A stretch of 64,000 nucleotides of DNA, from assembly GCF_018350175.1 (NCBI RefSeq), contig NC_058382.1:53508001-53572000 (forward strand). The letters run 5' to 3'. The notes beneath the pieces are model-generated. The model ran no database searches and was not told the DNA's origin. It saw only the letters and a list, made by a program, of their open reading frames with translations. The position numbers and the translations under genes are program-made. Each line of letters begins with the position of its first letter. Positions within the stretch are counted from its first letter, which is position 1. This stretch comes from Felis catus (lineage: Eukaryota). Of the stretch, positions 24,649 through 37,776 are shown one piece after another.

Positions 24649-24890
24649 TTTTTTTTTTAAGTTTATTGATTTATTTTGAGAGAGAATGGGAGGTGGTACG
24701 CACCCGTGAGTAGGGGAGGATAGAGAGAGCGAGAGCGCGTGCGTGCGCGGGAGAGAGAGAGAATCCCAAGCAGGCTCCATACTGTCAGTACAGAGCCTGA
24801 TGCAGGGATAGAACTCACAAACAGTGAGATCACGACCTGAGCCAAAATCCAGAATTCGATGCTTATCCAACTAAGCCACCCAGGCACCCC
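24649..24890 (-). mobile_element. CanSINE (older subfamily)
   Basis: Ends gccacccaggcacccc; TSD gccatttaaa (24636-24645 / 24891-24900). Confidence 0.95.
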
Positions 24891-24900
24891 GCCATTTAAA

Positions 24901-25550
24901 TATTTTACATGGGGAATGCTACACCTACAGCAAATTGTGTCAGGTGCACTACTCTTATGTATATGGCTTGATGATATAGACTCCAAGGCACTCGCCGGTG
25001 AGAACCAGATATGAAGCATTTCCAGATCTCCAGAAGGTTCTCTTGTGTCCCTTCTCCATATAGTCTTCTTCCCCCCATCCACTTTTTCACACTTCCACTA
25101 CAAGCTGGAATTATTGATTAGTTTTGCCTGCTTTTCATCTTTCTGTAACTGGAGTTACACCGTGTGTACTCTTTTGTGTCTGCTTTGTATCGCTCAACAA
25201 AACGTCGGTGAAATTCTTCCAGACCAATTGGAAATGGACAGTACTGTTGTACCAGCAGCTTGTTCTTCTTAACTGCTATATAGGATTCCGCCCTATGGAG
25301 AAACCACCCCTATTTATCATTCCAGTAAGGTGAATAAGTCTTCTGGAAACATGCTTGTGTATGTCTCTTTGGGGCACAGGCTGCCATTTTTAGTAGATAA
25401 GGTACCTAGGGATGTAGTTCCTGGGTTGCAGGGTAGGTGTGTGCATTGTTTGACTAAAAGCTGCAAAGAGATTTCCAAAGTAGCTCACCATCAGTGAGTG
25501 AGAGCTCCTTTCGAGTCCTTGCTAGCACTTAGTGATGTTTGGACATTTAT
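24901..25550 (-). mobile_element. Old L1 (L1ME-like) 3' UTR/ORF2 end
   Basis: 'catttccagatctccagaaggttctcttgtgtcccttc...tttgtgtctgc...gtacctagggatgtagttcctgggttgcagggtagg...atttccaaagtag'. Confidence 0.78.
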
Positions 25551-25753
25551 TCCTGATGAGCTTCTTGTGCTTCTTCCACTGTATGAAAGAAAGCCTGAAT
25601 TGTGTCTGTGAAATAAATCACATGACATTTAATGCTACCCCCCTCCCCCAACAAAGATTGACAACAAAGTCTGCTGGCAGGTCTGTCCCTGGGAAGGGGT
25701 GAGATGCGTAGATGAGGGGGTAAGAACAACAGGCTTTAAAGCAAAGGGCCTTT

Positions 25754-25961
25754 GGGGCACCTAGGTGGCTCCACTGGTGAAGCTGAGGTCATGATCTCAC
25801 AACTCAAGTTCGAGCCCTGCATTGGGCTCTGCGCTGGCAGCGAAGAGGCTGCTTGGAATTCTCTGCCTCCCTCTCTGCCTACTCCTCCCCCGCCCTCTTT
25901 GTCTGTCTGTCTGTCTCTCTCTCTCAAAAATACATAGATAAATATTTTAAAAAAAATAAAA
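25754..25961 (+). mobile_element. CanSINE (older, internally deleted head)
   Basis: GGGGCACCTAGGTGGCTC head; TSD aaagcaaagggccttt / aaagaaaaggaccttc. Confidence 0.93.
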
Positions 25962-26229
25962 AAAGAAAAGGACCTTCAAGTCAGGACAGAACACAGATGA
26001 ACAGAATCATTACGGAAAGCCTACAACGAAAGTTTTATTTCATGTGCGCGTAATTCTAGGTTTATGACAGCCCCCAGATCATATTTTATAAAGAGAAAGC
26101 TCAAAGACTGGTTCTGTGCCATCTACTTAATGAGCTGATGCATATATCCCAATTTACCCAAGTCATCAGATGGCAAATGTTTTATTTAGCCGGAATTAAA
26201 TATTCATTGAGCCACTCCAGGGTTTACTC

Positions 26230-26620
26230 ACTTATTCATTCCTTCATTCATTCACAACACAAACATTTATTAAGCATCCAGGGTGTGCCAGGCACTGTGT
26301 TCAGCCTGGGGACCTGACACCAAGTAAGACCAGGATAGAGGTGCTGCCTGGAAAGACGTGACATCGGGTCAGGAAATATAATATAGCCCGCCATGTTCAA
26401 CGGCAGGGGAAGGCGGTGTTCTATTATTCATTCCTTCAGTCAGCACCTACTGAGTGGTTCCTGTGCGTGTATACACAGTGCTCGCATTCTCTACGCTGGG
26501 CGTGAGACACAGCCGTAAGCCCTGTAGCTGCCCCAAACCGTGGTTCCCAAGGTGAAGGGAGACAGGCCTCAATGCTATGTTCGGGGGCAGCTGCAGCACC
26601 TCATGAAGCACCATGAGGGT
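26230..26620 (-). mobile_element. Two L2 3'-end fragments
   Basis: 'ttcattcattcac...aaacatttattaagcatccagggtgtgccaggcactgtg' and 'ttcattccttcagtcagcacctactgagt'. Confidence 0.75.
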
Positions 26621-27022
26621 AGAGACCACACGTATCCGTGTTAGATTTACCCCTTCCCCGCCCAAGAGCCCTTTGCTCAGGAACGGCCAAGGGGGATGTG
26701 CTGTTCCTCGAACCCCTTCCCACACTCTCAACACTGTCAAATCACAGATCCTGGATATGAGTTCGGGAAAAGGCTGGGCAGGGAAGCATGTGCCAGTGAT
26801 TGGACCTGCCCTTTGCATGGATGGCACCCAATCCCAGGCACTATAATTAATACTTTATTAAGTAATTCTATTCTGTTAAGTAGAAAACCAAGATTCAGTC
26901 AATTTTAACACACATGCGGATGCATTTGAATGTAAAGAACTCAGGCTTCCAACATCCTGGGCACTTTTTTTGTTTTGTTTTAAATCACAATGTCTAGGAT
27001 CTCTGTACTTTTAAATGTGCAG

Positions 27023-27233
27023 AGGGATGCCTGGGTGGCTCAGTCGGTTAAGCATCCGACTTTGGCTCAGGTCATGATCTCACGGTCTGTGGGTTCGAGC
27101 CCCGCATCGGGCTCCGTGCTGACAGCTCGGAGCCTGGAGCCTGCTTCAGGTTCTGTGTCTCCCTCTCTCTCTGCCCCTCCCCTGCTTGCACTCTGTCTGT
27201 TTCTCAAAAATAAATAAACGTTAAAAAAATTAA
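27023..27233 (+). mobile_element. CanSINE (SINEC_Fc2-like)
   Basis: Full copy; TSD core taaatgtgc (27012-27020 / 27234-27242). Confidence 0.97.
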
Positions 27234-27949
27234 TAAATGTGCCCAGATTTTCATATCGGGATCATTAGTAGCGACAGGGTGGCCAGTGGAGGCATTTAGG
27301 AAATCTTTCCTCATAATGATGACGGTGATCACACTGAGTATAATATCAATGACAATAACCCATTCCTATCCCAGGATGAGTACAGATGAGTAAAGGGGGT
27401 TCAGAAGAGTTCTTGTGCAAAGCCATCTTCGGGTAGGTAGCAACAGGACAAGTAAAATCGAAGCAGGCAGCCGGATGCCAGTGGCCCCTGTTCGGAAGAC
27501 TTCTTAAGAGAAAGTAGGCTAATTTGAACTGGATGAATCCAGCATTCACGGCAAACATTTCACGTGCCGCAGGGTGATGAAATTATGTACCGTCTCCTCA
27601 ATGATACTTGAAAACAAACGGGCTGCATGCAGATTTAGGTAAGGTACAAAGGCACTTTTCAACTCTGCTCTGCCCTAAGCTCCTCACATTCCAGAATAAT
27701 GAGGTTGTCTCTATTTTGTGTGATGTCAGGATTTCCCTGCTGGGCCGTGTCCACTCTGATGAGGCCCCTTTGTCCTGGGAATCAAATGACTTGGTCTCTT
27801 TAGACAAGCCGGGCGGGGAGCCCTGGCTCTCACGTGGCCTCTGGACATGTCAAGTCAGAGGGCCAGGGGACCCCAAAGCCTTCCCACTTCCCGGGTGGGT
27901 GGCATACTGCATGGCAGGTGTTCTCTGTGAAACGGGGGATAGATAACTC

Positions 27950-29110
27950 GCAGAAGTACTTCAATACTGAGCACTCACAACACTGGCATTAAACGCGTCC
28001 TTTCTGTCAAAGCGACTGCTGGTGTCTTTTTTTTCAGCTGATTGCATAGCTAACACACATTGTCCTGTAAAGAACGCCTCTGACTTCCCACAGTTTGGTA
28101 CCTTTAACAGAGAACGCTAACTTCTCTCAAATACTGAACTTTCTCTCTCTCTCTCTTCTTTTAGAAGTGACATGAGGTTACTAAAAAGAAACATCTGCTT
28201 GGAAAGGCTACGAACTTTCAGATATTAAAACACATCTTTTGGGGTTTTTCCCCCTACCATTCTGCCCCCACCCCCAATAATAATTTGAGAATCACCCCCT
28301 CTGGGATTAAAAATCGACTCTTTTCAAGGCTTTCTGAGTATCTCGTGATCTAGGTTCTAACAGGGCAATGTGCCACTTGGAGCGAGCAAGTCCCAGTGAA
28401 AAGGACAGTTTCCATGATGACTCTCAGCTCTTCTAATCCCTCCTCTTTGTGGTGAGCCTACGAGAGCTGGCTTCTCATAGCTGCAACCCCGAAAGACAAA
28501 ATGCAAACCAAACAAATAATCCATTTCCAAGGTTTGCTTACAGAGAGAGGGATCTATTTATGAAACATATATTGTTCAGTTTCAGGGGAAAATCATGTAA
28601 TCATTGCAAGGGAAAAAGCATGGAAAGTGCTTTATTTTGCATAAAAATCTCCTTGCTCTATGATTTATGTGGCTGAGGGTTTCAGGCTGGGGGAGCACGG
28701 GTCTCAGTATCCCACCAAAGGGAAATGGAATTTAAAATGCAGGAAGAATCCCTGGTCACAACAAAACACTGGCGTTATTAACCTGGGCTGGGGTGGGGAC
28801 GGTGGGTGGAAGAGGGGGAAAGGTCGTGGATAAAACAGAAAGATAAAAAAGTATTTTGCTTTGGGGAGATCTTAGAGGATAAAGATTGACCTGCGGCTCT
28901 GGGCAGTATTACTACCTAGAGCAGACAAATCATTTCCTGCAATTAATATCTGAGGACTCCGGCGAGGTTCTGCAGAACTTAGGCGGAGCGTACGGGCCAT
29001 CGACATTGATTTAATTTACCAGTTACCTTGCTGCTGAGGAGTCACGTCTTTCCCCTTCCTGGCAGAGAAGGCTTTATGTAGTCAGCTCGTGTTTATGAAA
29101 CGCCCTCCGG
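27950..29110. promoter_or_regulatory. Candidate enhancer island
   Basis: About 1.1 kb with no recognisable TE; TTTATGA 28557 and 29092, TGATTTAT 28661-28668, CAATTAAT 28940-28947, G-run cluster 28785-28818. Confidence 0.4.
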
Positions 29111-29538
29111 GCATATCTACCACTCGAAAGGGACAGTCTCCTAGGGCCTGCCGGCTAGAAGGAAACTAACAAGCCTTTTGGCCCAAACATCTTTGCGGGG
29201 CTCCTACCACATCCTGGAAAAGCGGTTGATAAGCTTCTGCTTCAATGCTTTTGGAGATGGGGGCTCAGAAGCCTCCCTGCAGCCCCTTCTATGGTCAGCT
29301 GACCGGGACTGTGATCTCTTTATGTGGAGCCAAAAACTGGGTCTCTTTTACCTCCTGGTTTGGCTCCTTCTTCTGCCCAAAGATTGCACTTTAGATCTAA
29401 CCCCTCTGTGTGGCATGAAGTAGGTGCAAACTGAAGCCAGTCTCGTCTGAATAGACACGACAGCTCTACCATTGACTGGATCTAGGATTTTAGGCAAATT
29501 GCTTCCTCCTTCGAAATTCCCAGATACTAAGTGCTATG

Positions 29539-29916
29539 TGTATCAGTCAGGGTGAGATTTGTCTTGCTACAGTAACAAAGAGCTCCCATATCTCAGTAGC
29601 TTTAGATAACTAAGGTTTTGTTTCTCCTGCAGCCATGTGGGCATGTGTGGAACATGGCCTGCAGCCTAGCTAGGGGCAGGTTCTGACCTATACTGCCTTC
29701 CCTCAGTGGCCCAGCAGTTGGGTCTGATAGGTCTGACCCAGCTGCTATGTGCTCCCACCAAGAAACCATATATTTCGTCTGCATGCACACATAGGTGGCC
29801 AAAGAAGGTTACCTGACTATGCCTGATTTTAAAGTGCAATCCTTCCATGTCCCTCGAAGAGGAAGAGGGAGGGCCAGAGGAGTTCGGCGAGCATTGTGAG
29901 CCCATGTCTCCTCACA
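29539..29916 (-). mobile_element. Old MaLR LTR (MLT1J/K-like)
   Basis: 'tgtatcagtcagg...ctacagtaacaaa...atctcagtagctt...aaggttttgtttctc' start, ends ...ctcctcaca. Confidence 0.75.
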
Positions 29917-30600
29917 GGCTTGCTCTGCAGACTTAGAGATTTAAGGCATGTGCTCCATGTTTGCAGAATGCCTGATACCTGCCAGGTTTCGTTCCCCCAG
30001 CAGTTGACAGATCACGGAAGGTGCTCTCTGGGTTAGATATTCTTAGCTCCTTCCACTGTTCCTCTTGCTACATTATCTTTAATCGTTTCACCATCCTGAT
30101 TTATATCCTCTAAATATCCTACTTGAACATCCCTGTTAATGTGTGATCCACCAAAGGCAAACACCATATTCTAACAGAGTAAAGAGCTCAGAAGGAGAAC
30201 AGAACAATCTCCTTCCTTCTTCTAGATAACGCATCCTAAAGTCATACTTTTCTACCTTTCCCTTCTGGCAATCATGGTGCACTGTTGAATTTACTGCCCG
30301 TGAAATGTTCTCCTCATCTTTGTTTTGTCCTGTGAAGTCGTTTCTCTCTAGTCCCATACATGTGCCATTGGCTTTCCAGTTACAAAGAAGAAGTTTCACA
30401 TTGTCTCCCATTAAATAGCACGTGTTGGATTTGGCCATCCTTCCGACTCAGTTATAACTACTTCAGATCAATACCTTTCTCATCTAACTTTCAGACAAAC
30501 ACTGTGGATTGAGAGGGTGTAAGAATATCCACCTCTATCAGAGATTCTGAGGTATGGCCCAGCCTTGGAAACAATTGCCTCACCATTCTGGAGGACATCT

Positions 30601-30830
30601 TTTTACTTCATTTCGACAGCTTTATTGATGTGCAATAGACCACATGTATTGAAAGTATATAGCTTGAGGTTTTGACATTTGTATACACCTGTTAAATCAT
30701 GACCACGATCAGGACAATGAGCATATGTGTTACTCCCAAAAGTTTCCTTGGGCCCTGTTCTAGTCCTTCCTTGTTGCCCAGGAGACACCTTAAGCCAGTT
30801 ATTCTATTCCATTGATGTCTGTAGAAACTA
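30601..30830 (-). mobile_element. L1M (L1MC/MD-like) 3' UTR fragment
   Basis: 'acagctttattga...ttttgacatttgtatacacctgt...ccacgatcagga...ctcccaaaagtttccttgggccct'. Confidence 0.85.
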
Positions 30831-31084
30831 GCACAGGGCTGAGCACAAAACAGATTAATACATACCTGCTGGTATACCAAAGAGGTATCCAGAACTGAAT
30901 GTCTTCTATGCCCATACATATTCACATGAGATTGGTTCTTATGAGAGCTCTGCGCAGATAAGACAACAGTACCAAGTGAACCGGTCCAATCCTCTTTGGA
31001 AAAATGAGTATCATCAGAACCAGCACATGCAGAAGGGGAGACACCCGTTAGCATCCATTGGGCCTTTGTTCAATCCCAATTCAG

Positions 31085-31330
31085 GTCATTGAACAATTAT
31101 TCACCGAGTATCTCATATGTGTCAGGCATTATTGTAGGCACTGGGCATTTAGCAGTGGAAAAACATGATGAGAGCCTGGGAGAATAGTCTTTGAATGCAG
31201 ATCAAGAGTGAGATGATGCAGACATGCATCAGGAAGGGGACAAGAAGATATGAAAATTAAGGAGCAGGGAAGGCCTGACCGTTTGGGGGAAGTTTCCGAA
31301 AGTAGCTTTACAAGAGGAGCCTTCTCAGCT
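31085..31330 (-). mobile_element. L2 3' fragment
   Basis: 'cattgaacaattattcaccgagtatctcatatgtgtcaggcattattgtaggcactggg'. Confidence 0.75.
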
Positions 31331-31899
31331 TTATTATCCTGGTGCATTTTTTATTTGCTTTTGTTAGGGCAAAGAGTATGCTATCTCATGTTCTTTCCAC
31401 TTGAACTTGCCCTGCCTGTTCAGCACCTGGAGCACACATTCTATGCAACGCGTCTGGAAAACAAATCCTCATCAATTCATTAATAACTGTCGTCTGGAGC
31501 TCCAAGTTGATGTCTTGGACGTCGAGGGCATAATCCCGAAATGAGGGAGCATTGCTGTTCATTTGGCATCAAGCAAGGTACCTGAGCTTGTCCACTATCA
31601 CAGTGGGACTGACCTCACAGAAGGACTGTCTTCTCCATGAGAGAACAAAGGGAAACGATTTGGAGAAATCCAAATTCTATCGACCCACACTGCACAAGCC
31701 CTGCATTATTCAGCTTCAAGAACTAATGTATGATGCATGCTATTACCATCTAACTTGTGTTGCAAATAATTCATGCTTGGAACTTTCCAAAGATATATTG
31801 TTACCATTATCACCAGCAGAATTGGACTGGGTGAAATTCTTGGAACTTGATGGAAACGATCACTCCAGTGTTCAAGATTCTCTTTAAGTGTTTAAGCAT

Positions 31900-32960
31900 T
31901 TGAGTCCCTGTAAGGAGAGACAATAGAACAAGGTAGAATTCGGCTCCTTACCGCCAAATAAGCCTTAGTTCTTTCTTTTCATTTTGAAAACCCTTTTGAA
32001 TCACCATTTGGAATAGGCAATAATGCTCTTTACCAATAACACTTTGAGGAAGCCAGATGGGATTTGAAAGCAGAAGCAACTTCTTCGCTGTCTTGTCAGG
32101 CTCTTTGGGCAAATAGGTATCATGCATGGTCAATTATATAAATTATCAAAGATACGTATGTTGAGTCACCACAGGCTTCAAAAGATTCACTAACCCCAGA
32201 ACATCCTGTTCATGGAAGCTAGTATTAACTTGATGAATGGGCTGGTGTCTTCTGAGATGACACTGGTTAATTTCCTGTAGCTATTGTGAAGTTCAAGTTC
32301 ATTAGAGCTCTAGGCTCAGCAGTAAAGCACTCTTCCATGGAAGGTGCAAGTGGCAATGATAAATTGACCTTGTAAAGGGATCATGGTGATACTAAGTAAA
32401 GTACTATATATACTTTCATTTCTTGAAGACCAATTAAGAAAATACCCCAATTAATCGGAGGGTTTGCAGGTGATCTTTGCTTTAGGGCTGTGTCATGCTC
32501 ACCCAGCAAGGGTGGAGCTGGTTTGCTTACTTCCATTGACTCACAGTGCTTTTTTCAAGGACGAAATGTGATTTGTTCCTATGTCAGTTTTCCAGCAAAT
32601 TGTTGGAAAATAAAGCCTTTGGCAAGAGCTGTTTATTTCAGATGCCCTTCTGGTAAGGAAGATCTGTAAGATGCTCTTGAAAGGTGTGCACTGGTCTCGA
32701 TATTCCCCAACATTCCCTGGAAGATCTTCTCTAGGCAAGAGACCCTGGCAGAGGCATTGCTAAGCAGATTATTCGTTTTGAAGTGAAGTATGTACAGTGT
32801 AAACAAAAGCCAAATGTAGTGGTTCTACTGCTGCTCATTAGAAAAAAAAAGTTTTTGGTATTTATAAACAACTGTAAAGTTTGCCTGTAATAGTAGCTAT
32901 CGCTTTTAGAAAACAAAAGGCTATTAATTTGTGTCTTGTAGTGACTATTTCTGGAAAGCA
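31900..32960. promoter_or_regulatory. Candidate enhancer island
   Basis: Repeat-free; ATCAAAG 32145-32151, CCAATTAA twice (32430, 32447), TGACTCA 32537-32543, TGTAAACA 32798-32805. Confidence 0.38.
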
Positions 32961-32971
32961 GTGAAAATGCC

Positions 32972-33600
32972 CTTTCCTTTCAGAAACGTTTATTGAGTCC
33001 TGACTGCACTTGAGACACAGTGCCAGAGAAACAAAGATTAAAAATAACATCCCCATTCTTGAGGATGGCTCCCACAGTCTACTGGGGGATGCAAGTCTCG
33101 TCCACCACCATGACCCAATTGTATGGGAGCCTACCTATGACGGGGGGTGGTGTGGCGGGGAAAACGTAACTGAGATGGAGTTCAGTGCGTGGGCTCTGCA
33201 AACACGCTGGGTTGTTCACCAGGTCAGGGAAAATGGAAAGGCCACCGAGGCAAAGAGAACAGCAGATTCAAAGTTAGGATAGAAAGAGTGTGGCGAATTC
33301 AGAATCCAGGGGAAGATCTATGATATGGAAACAGAGGCCTCAACAACAAAGGACAGAGAGGATGGGGTCTACCTGGTGAGCCAGGGAACGTTTCGAGCAA
33401 GGCAATTACATGATCCATTTTGTGATTTAAGGCTCTCAACATGGCAGAGGCTGCAGAGGGAGGGTCCAGTGGTGGACATGACGGGGCCAGTTGGAAGACT
33501 GCTGCAGAAGAGAAGGGGATGGTGAGGACTTGAGCAAAACCAGCTAGCCAATGGGGAGGAGAGGAGGAGCAGGGATCCCCTGGAAGATACCTCAGCAGCA
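32972..33600 (-). mobile_element. L2 fragment
   Basis: 'cagaaacgtttattgagtcc...cacagtctactggggg...gggaacgtttcgagcaagg...tgatccattttgtgatttaagg...ccagttggaagactgctgca'. Confidence 0.78.
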
Positions 33601-35499
33601 GACTCAATTCATTTATTCCAGTTGGCACACACTTTTGTGTTCCAGGCATACCAGGCCCTAGAGACACAAGACAGATGAGATAGTCTTTGTTCTATTTTAT
33701 TGTCCTCAGCTTACACAGCACATCTTGTAGGGCCCTCCCTGACTTGCTACATATGCCAGGGCCCTTGCTAAGTGTCCTCACGGCACATGATCATCCAAGC
33801 ACCCTTCTGTGTTTCTCATTGCACGTTTTTACAGTCAACTATTGAAGACTTCCCCTCCTGCATATAATATTCATTAGGACAGGGACTACTGTGTCTGTCT
33901 CGTTGACCATTGCATTCATCAAATACAGAATCGGTGCTCAGTAAAATTAGTTCAGTGAACACAAGAACAAAATTAGGGCTCACCAAATACTAGAGGGCCA
34001 CAGGTGAATAGGTTAAGAGTAACGTGACGCAATAAACACTATTAGTGAGTGTGCTGATAGACATGTAGACGGCATAGTGGGGGCAAGCAAATCTCTAGGC
34101 TGAAAGGTCAACAAAGACTATATGACTGAGACCACTCTACAGCTGAGTCTTGAGTCATGTGCTTGGTGAATCCATTTCTGGCAATGAAGTCTTCCTCATG
34201 CAGGGCAGATGGAATAGTCTGGATAGAATTATGACTCCCTCCTACACAGGAGCATCAGAGAAGCTGCTCCAACCAAAAACGTCATAAAAGCCTCCCCAAG
34301 AGAGAGCTCCATATTGGCAGTCTGGGCTGTCTCCCACCTTGGGCTGTCAACAGAGAAGGCTGCAGTTTCTTGGACAATGGTACGCCAGAGTGTGGGGGCT
34401 GGGAGGGGTGAGGGGGCTAAGGGGACATGCGCGAAACGGAAACACATTTGCTGGCAGCCAATGACCTGCCTCCAGAGGCAGCCTCTGCAAAAACTCAGAG
34501 GGCAGTCCCACTGTCCAGCTTTTCCTGTCTCTTCACCTCTGTCTCTGGTATGCAGTGAGGCTTCAAGAAGGAAGGCGATCTTGATGTCTATTCCAGCCAG
34601 AAATAATGAACCGCAATCACAGACTCACAAATTGTTGGAAATTAGAGGAAATTTCAAAATCTCATATTGAGTTGTTTATAAATAAATAATTAGATGTAAT
34701 TTCATAATAAGTATATAATAAATACATTATGTAATACATATAAGTAAGGGAGGAGGGGTTGTGTGGGTGAGGAGGGGTGCAATGCAGACCCACTGATTAG
34801 TGACTTTTCTTCTTTCAGGTTTCACATTGGATAGCCTTTCCTTCTGGAAATCTTCCCCGATTCCCCTAAAGCTGGATGGGGAGACCACCCTAGAGAATCT
34901 GACTTTTCTGTGATGTATCACAATACTTTCCATATCCATCACCACTCTCAAGTAGAACATAGTGCCCATGAAGATAACCTTCGTTCATAAGCCATTCAGT
35001 GAGCCAGGCTCCATGGATATCCTGATGGTTAAGAACAACGTGATCCCTTCCTTCAAGGAGCTTACCTTCTGGAAAGTTTACCATACCCGTGATTTGATAC
35101 TAAAGCCAAGCAGTCATAATCAGAGCCCTCTCTATATCTGTTGAATGAATGAATCAAACAGCAATAAAAGGAGTCTGGGATTAATATTGTTATTTATTGC
35201 ACCACAAATACATTTTCTAAAATTGGACCACAGCCGCTTTGAGAATAGCCCATACTGATTTTTAGAGTCTAGATAAATTATTCAATCTGTCTCTGCTCAG
35301 ACGATTTATCAATGGGAAAAGAGGCTTTAAAAACATTTGCTTTTGGGAGATGGGGCTAGCCCTTTAAATAGAGATACTGGCAGACTAAGGAGGCCACTCC
35401 ATGTAACATCATTAAGAGGGTACGGCCATTGTACTTTTCATGGCTTCTGTAGGACTGACTGAAAGGCACTACGTACATCTGTGAGGGACATCGGCCTAA

Positions 35500-36200
35500 T
35501 ATGGCACACACTGGTTGTAGCCCGCCGTGTCCTCTCCTTCCTTGCTAACAGACCCCAAGCTGGCTTGGGGCAGCAGTGGCCTGGTCCCATGCAAGACACT
35601 GCCTATCTCAGATTCTCCATGGGGTCACAGGTCTGCTCAGTCCTATGGAAGGGGCCATCTTCTCAGGGTTCTGGGAAGGCATTTCCTTTCCTGACAAATG
35701 GAAAAGACACAGCTATGGCATAGCTTTTCTCCCATGCCCCATCGCCCTGTCTCAAACGTGGGTATGGCTCAGTGGCCAATTTGAGACGATGAGGTGAAGG
35801 CCAAGAGATGGCCCTTGATATCACTCACTACTAGATCCGGAGTTTTTATTCTCAGCACTGTTGATGTTTGCGGCCAGATAAGTCTTTGTTGTGGGAGCTG
35901 ATCTGTGGAATGTTCAGCAGCCTCCCTGACCTTTACCCACCAGATGCCAGCAGCATTTAGTGACAATCAAAAACGGGTCTCCCAGTTGTCGCAACCCAGA
36001 ATATATATAGACATTGCCAGATGATCCCTGGGAGGGCAAAATCATCCCTGCTTGAGAAACACTGTATTAAACTAATTCCAGAAACTTCCTACCACCAGAT
36101 TTCATGCAGTAAGAGAAAACTAAGTGCTTATTTGTTTAAGCCTCCGGAGTTAGGTTTTCTGTTACTTGTAAACAAAAGCATTTCTTATTTTATTTATACA
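35500..36200 (+). mobile_element. Old MaLR LTR (MLT1J/K-like) interrupted by MER20
   Basis: 5' 'ccttccttgctaacagacccc', 3' 'ttatttgtttaagcc...ggttttctgttacttgtaaacaaaagcatt'. Confidence 0.75.
35837..36064 (+). mobile_element. MER20 hAT element
   Basis: 'ctcagcactgttgatgtttgcggccagataagtctttgttgtggg...cccaccagatgccagcagca...gggagggcaaaatcatccctgcttgagaaacactg'. Confidence 0.9.
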
Positions 36201-36469
36201 CACACACACATGCACACACACACATATATATAGCCAGTCATATATATAATAAATTTTTTTCCATTTCACTATCACCATGACAGGGTATTGAATAATGGGG
36301 CACTCCACTCATGGGCTCTCTGGGACCATCTCTCTCTTCAAAGGCTACCTCCAAGATGACCTCTGCTCCTCTCCACACCTCCTTAGCACTTGTGTCTACT
36401 GTGTATTCTATTCTTATAGATGTGACAACTCAGGACAGTGCCTGGCTCTCAAAACCATTTGCTCTAGTT

Positions 36470-36720
36470 GGTGGCTAAGAGTACAGAATCTGGAGTTAAA
36501 CTACTTGGGTTCATATTCTGACTCAAAGAAGCTGAGGCAGATGGCCTGAGGAACATGTCTTAGCTTCTCTGAGCCCCGTTTCTCTCATCGATAAAACAGG
36601 GATAATCTGCCTCCATGTCCGTTAAAAGGATTAAATATTATTGATCCAAGTAGTGCATACGCTTTTAAAAGTGAGGCGCTACAAAGATGGGGAAATAGTA
36701 GAGTTGGGTCCCTCATAGAG
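36470..36720 (+). mobile_element. MIR
   Basis: 'gtggctaagagtacagaatctggagttaaactacttgggttcatattctgactc...tctctgagccccgtttctctcatcgataaaacaggggataat'. Confidence 0.85.
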
Positions 36721-37776
36721 TATAAATCAAGAAAGAAAAGTCGCACCAAAGCCCTAGAAGCTCTGGGCACTGCACTTTCATGGGAGACTTCTCCATTTCC
36801 AGTGAAAAGGGCATTGAAGTTAGTGGAATTGGCATATTTTGTGCCGCAAACGTGAAACCACAGATTTATCCTTCTTATTTTTATTTCCAAAATCCTTTGG
36901 CTTTGTCAAAAAGCTACAGCCCAGAAAAACTGGTAAATGCGAGAATATCCTTCTGTAGCACGTGGCCATCCATTATGTGTATAAAGACATTCCCAAAGCC
37001 GAGACACTCGTAGACAAGCCTCTCATTGATTTCTGCTTGGGCTGTAAGGAAACTCTTCCTTCTATGTAACTCACATTCCTCATGGTGCCCGGGAAGACCA
37101 TGTTCTCTTAAACCGTCTTCTCAGAAAACAAATCACAGCCCAAGAGTGTTGAGTGCCTCAAAATCACATTTAGGATGTTAGATATATCTGGATCTTTGGG
37201 AAACGATCTGTTGTGTTTGCAAGCTTCATATTCTACGCTCAACCCGGTGTCTCCATCTTCATTAACGGAGACCCAGTGCATACTCTTTCAGAATATGATA
37301 CGGCCCACAATGAAAGATTCCCACAGGGATAATCCAAACCATTGGTCATGTCTTGAAGAAGCACAATCTCTTAAAAGAAGCAGAGTGGTTTTTCTCACCT
37401 TTCTCTTCTCCTGGCTACAGGAGTCAGAGTGGAATCTCTAATAGCTGAAGTTTGTAATAATTACAACTTGGGCCCTGCCGTCATTTCAGTCTGGGGTGAG
37501 CGTTAAAAATGGGATTTCTTAATTTGAATTATTGATCAGTACGTTCACTCAGGCAGCCATGCTCTCCCTCGTATGGGCGGTAAATCTCAGCTGACAAAGA
37601 CTCACATTTTGAAAAATATTAACAAACTCTGGAGCTCCAAATACAGTCATGGGTTTTCTCTCTCAGGCTGTGGGCTGTCTTTGCAAGACATTCTTCATAG
37701 ACTATGGGCAAAACCCACCGCACCAGCAGGAGCGGATGATCATGGCAACGGGCATTGCCCTGGTGGTCTTCTCGGA

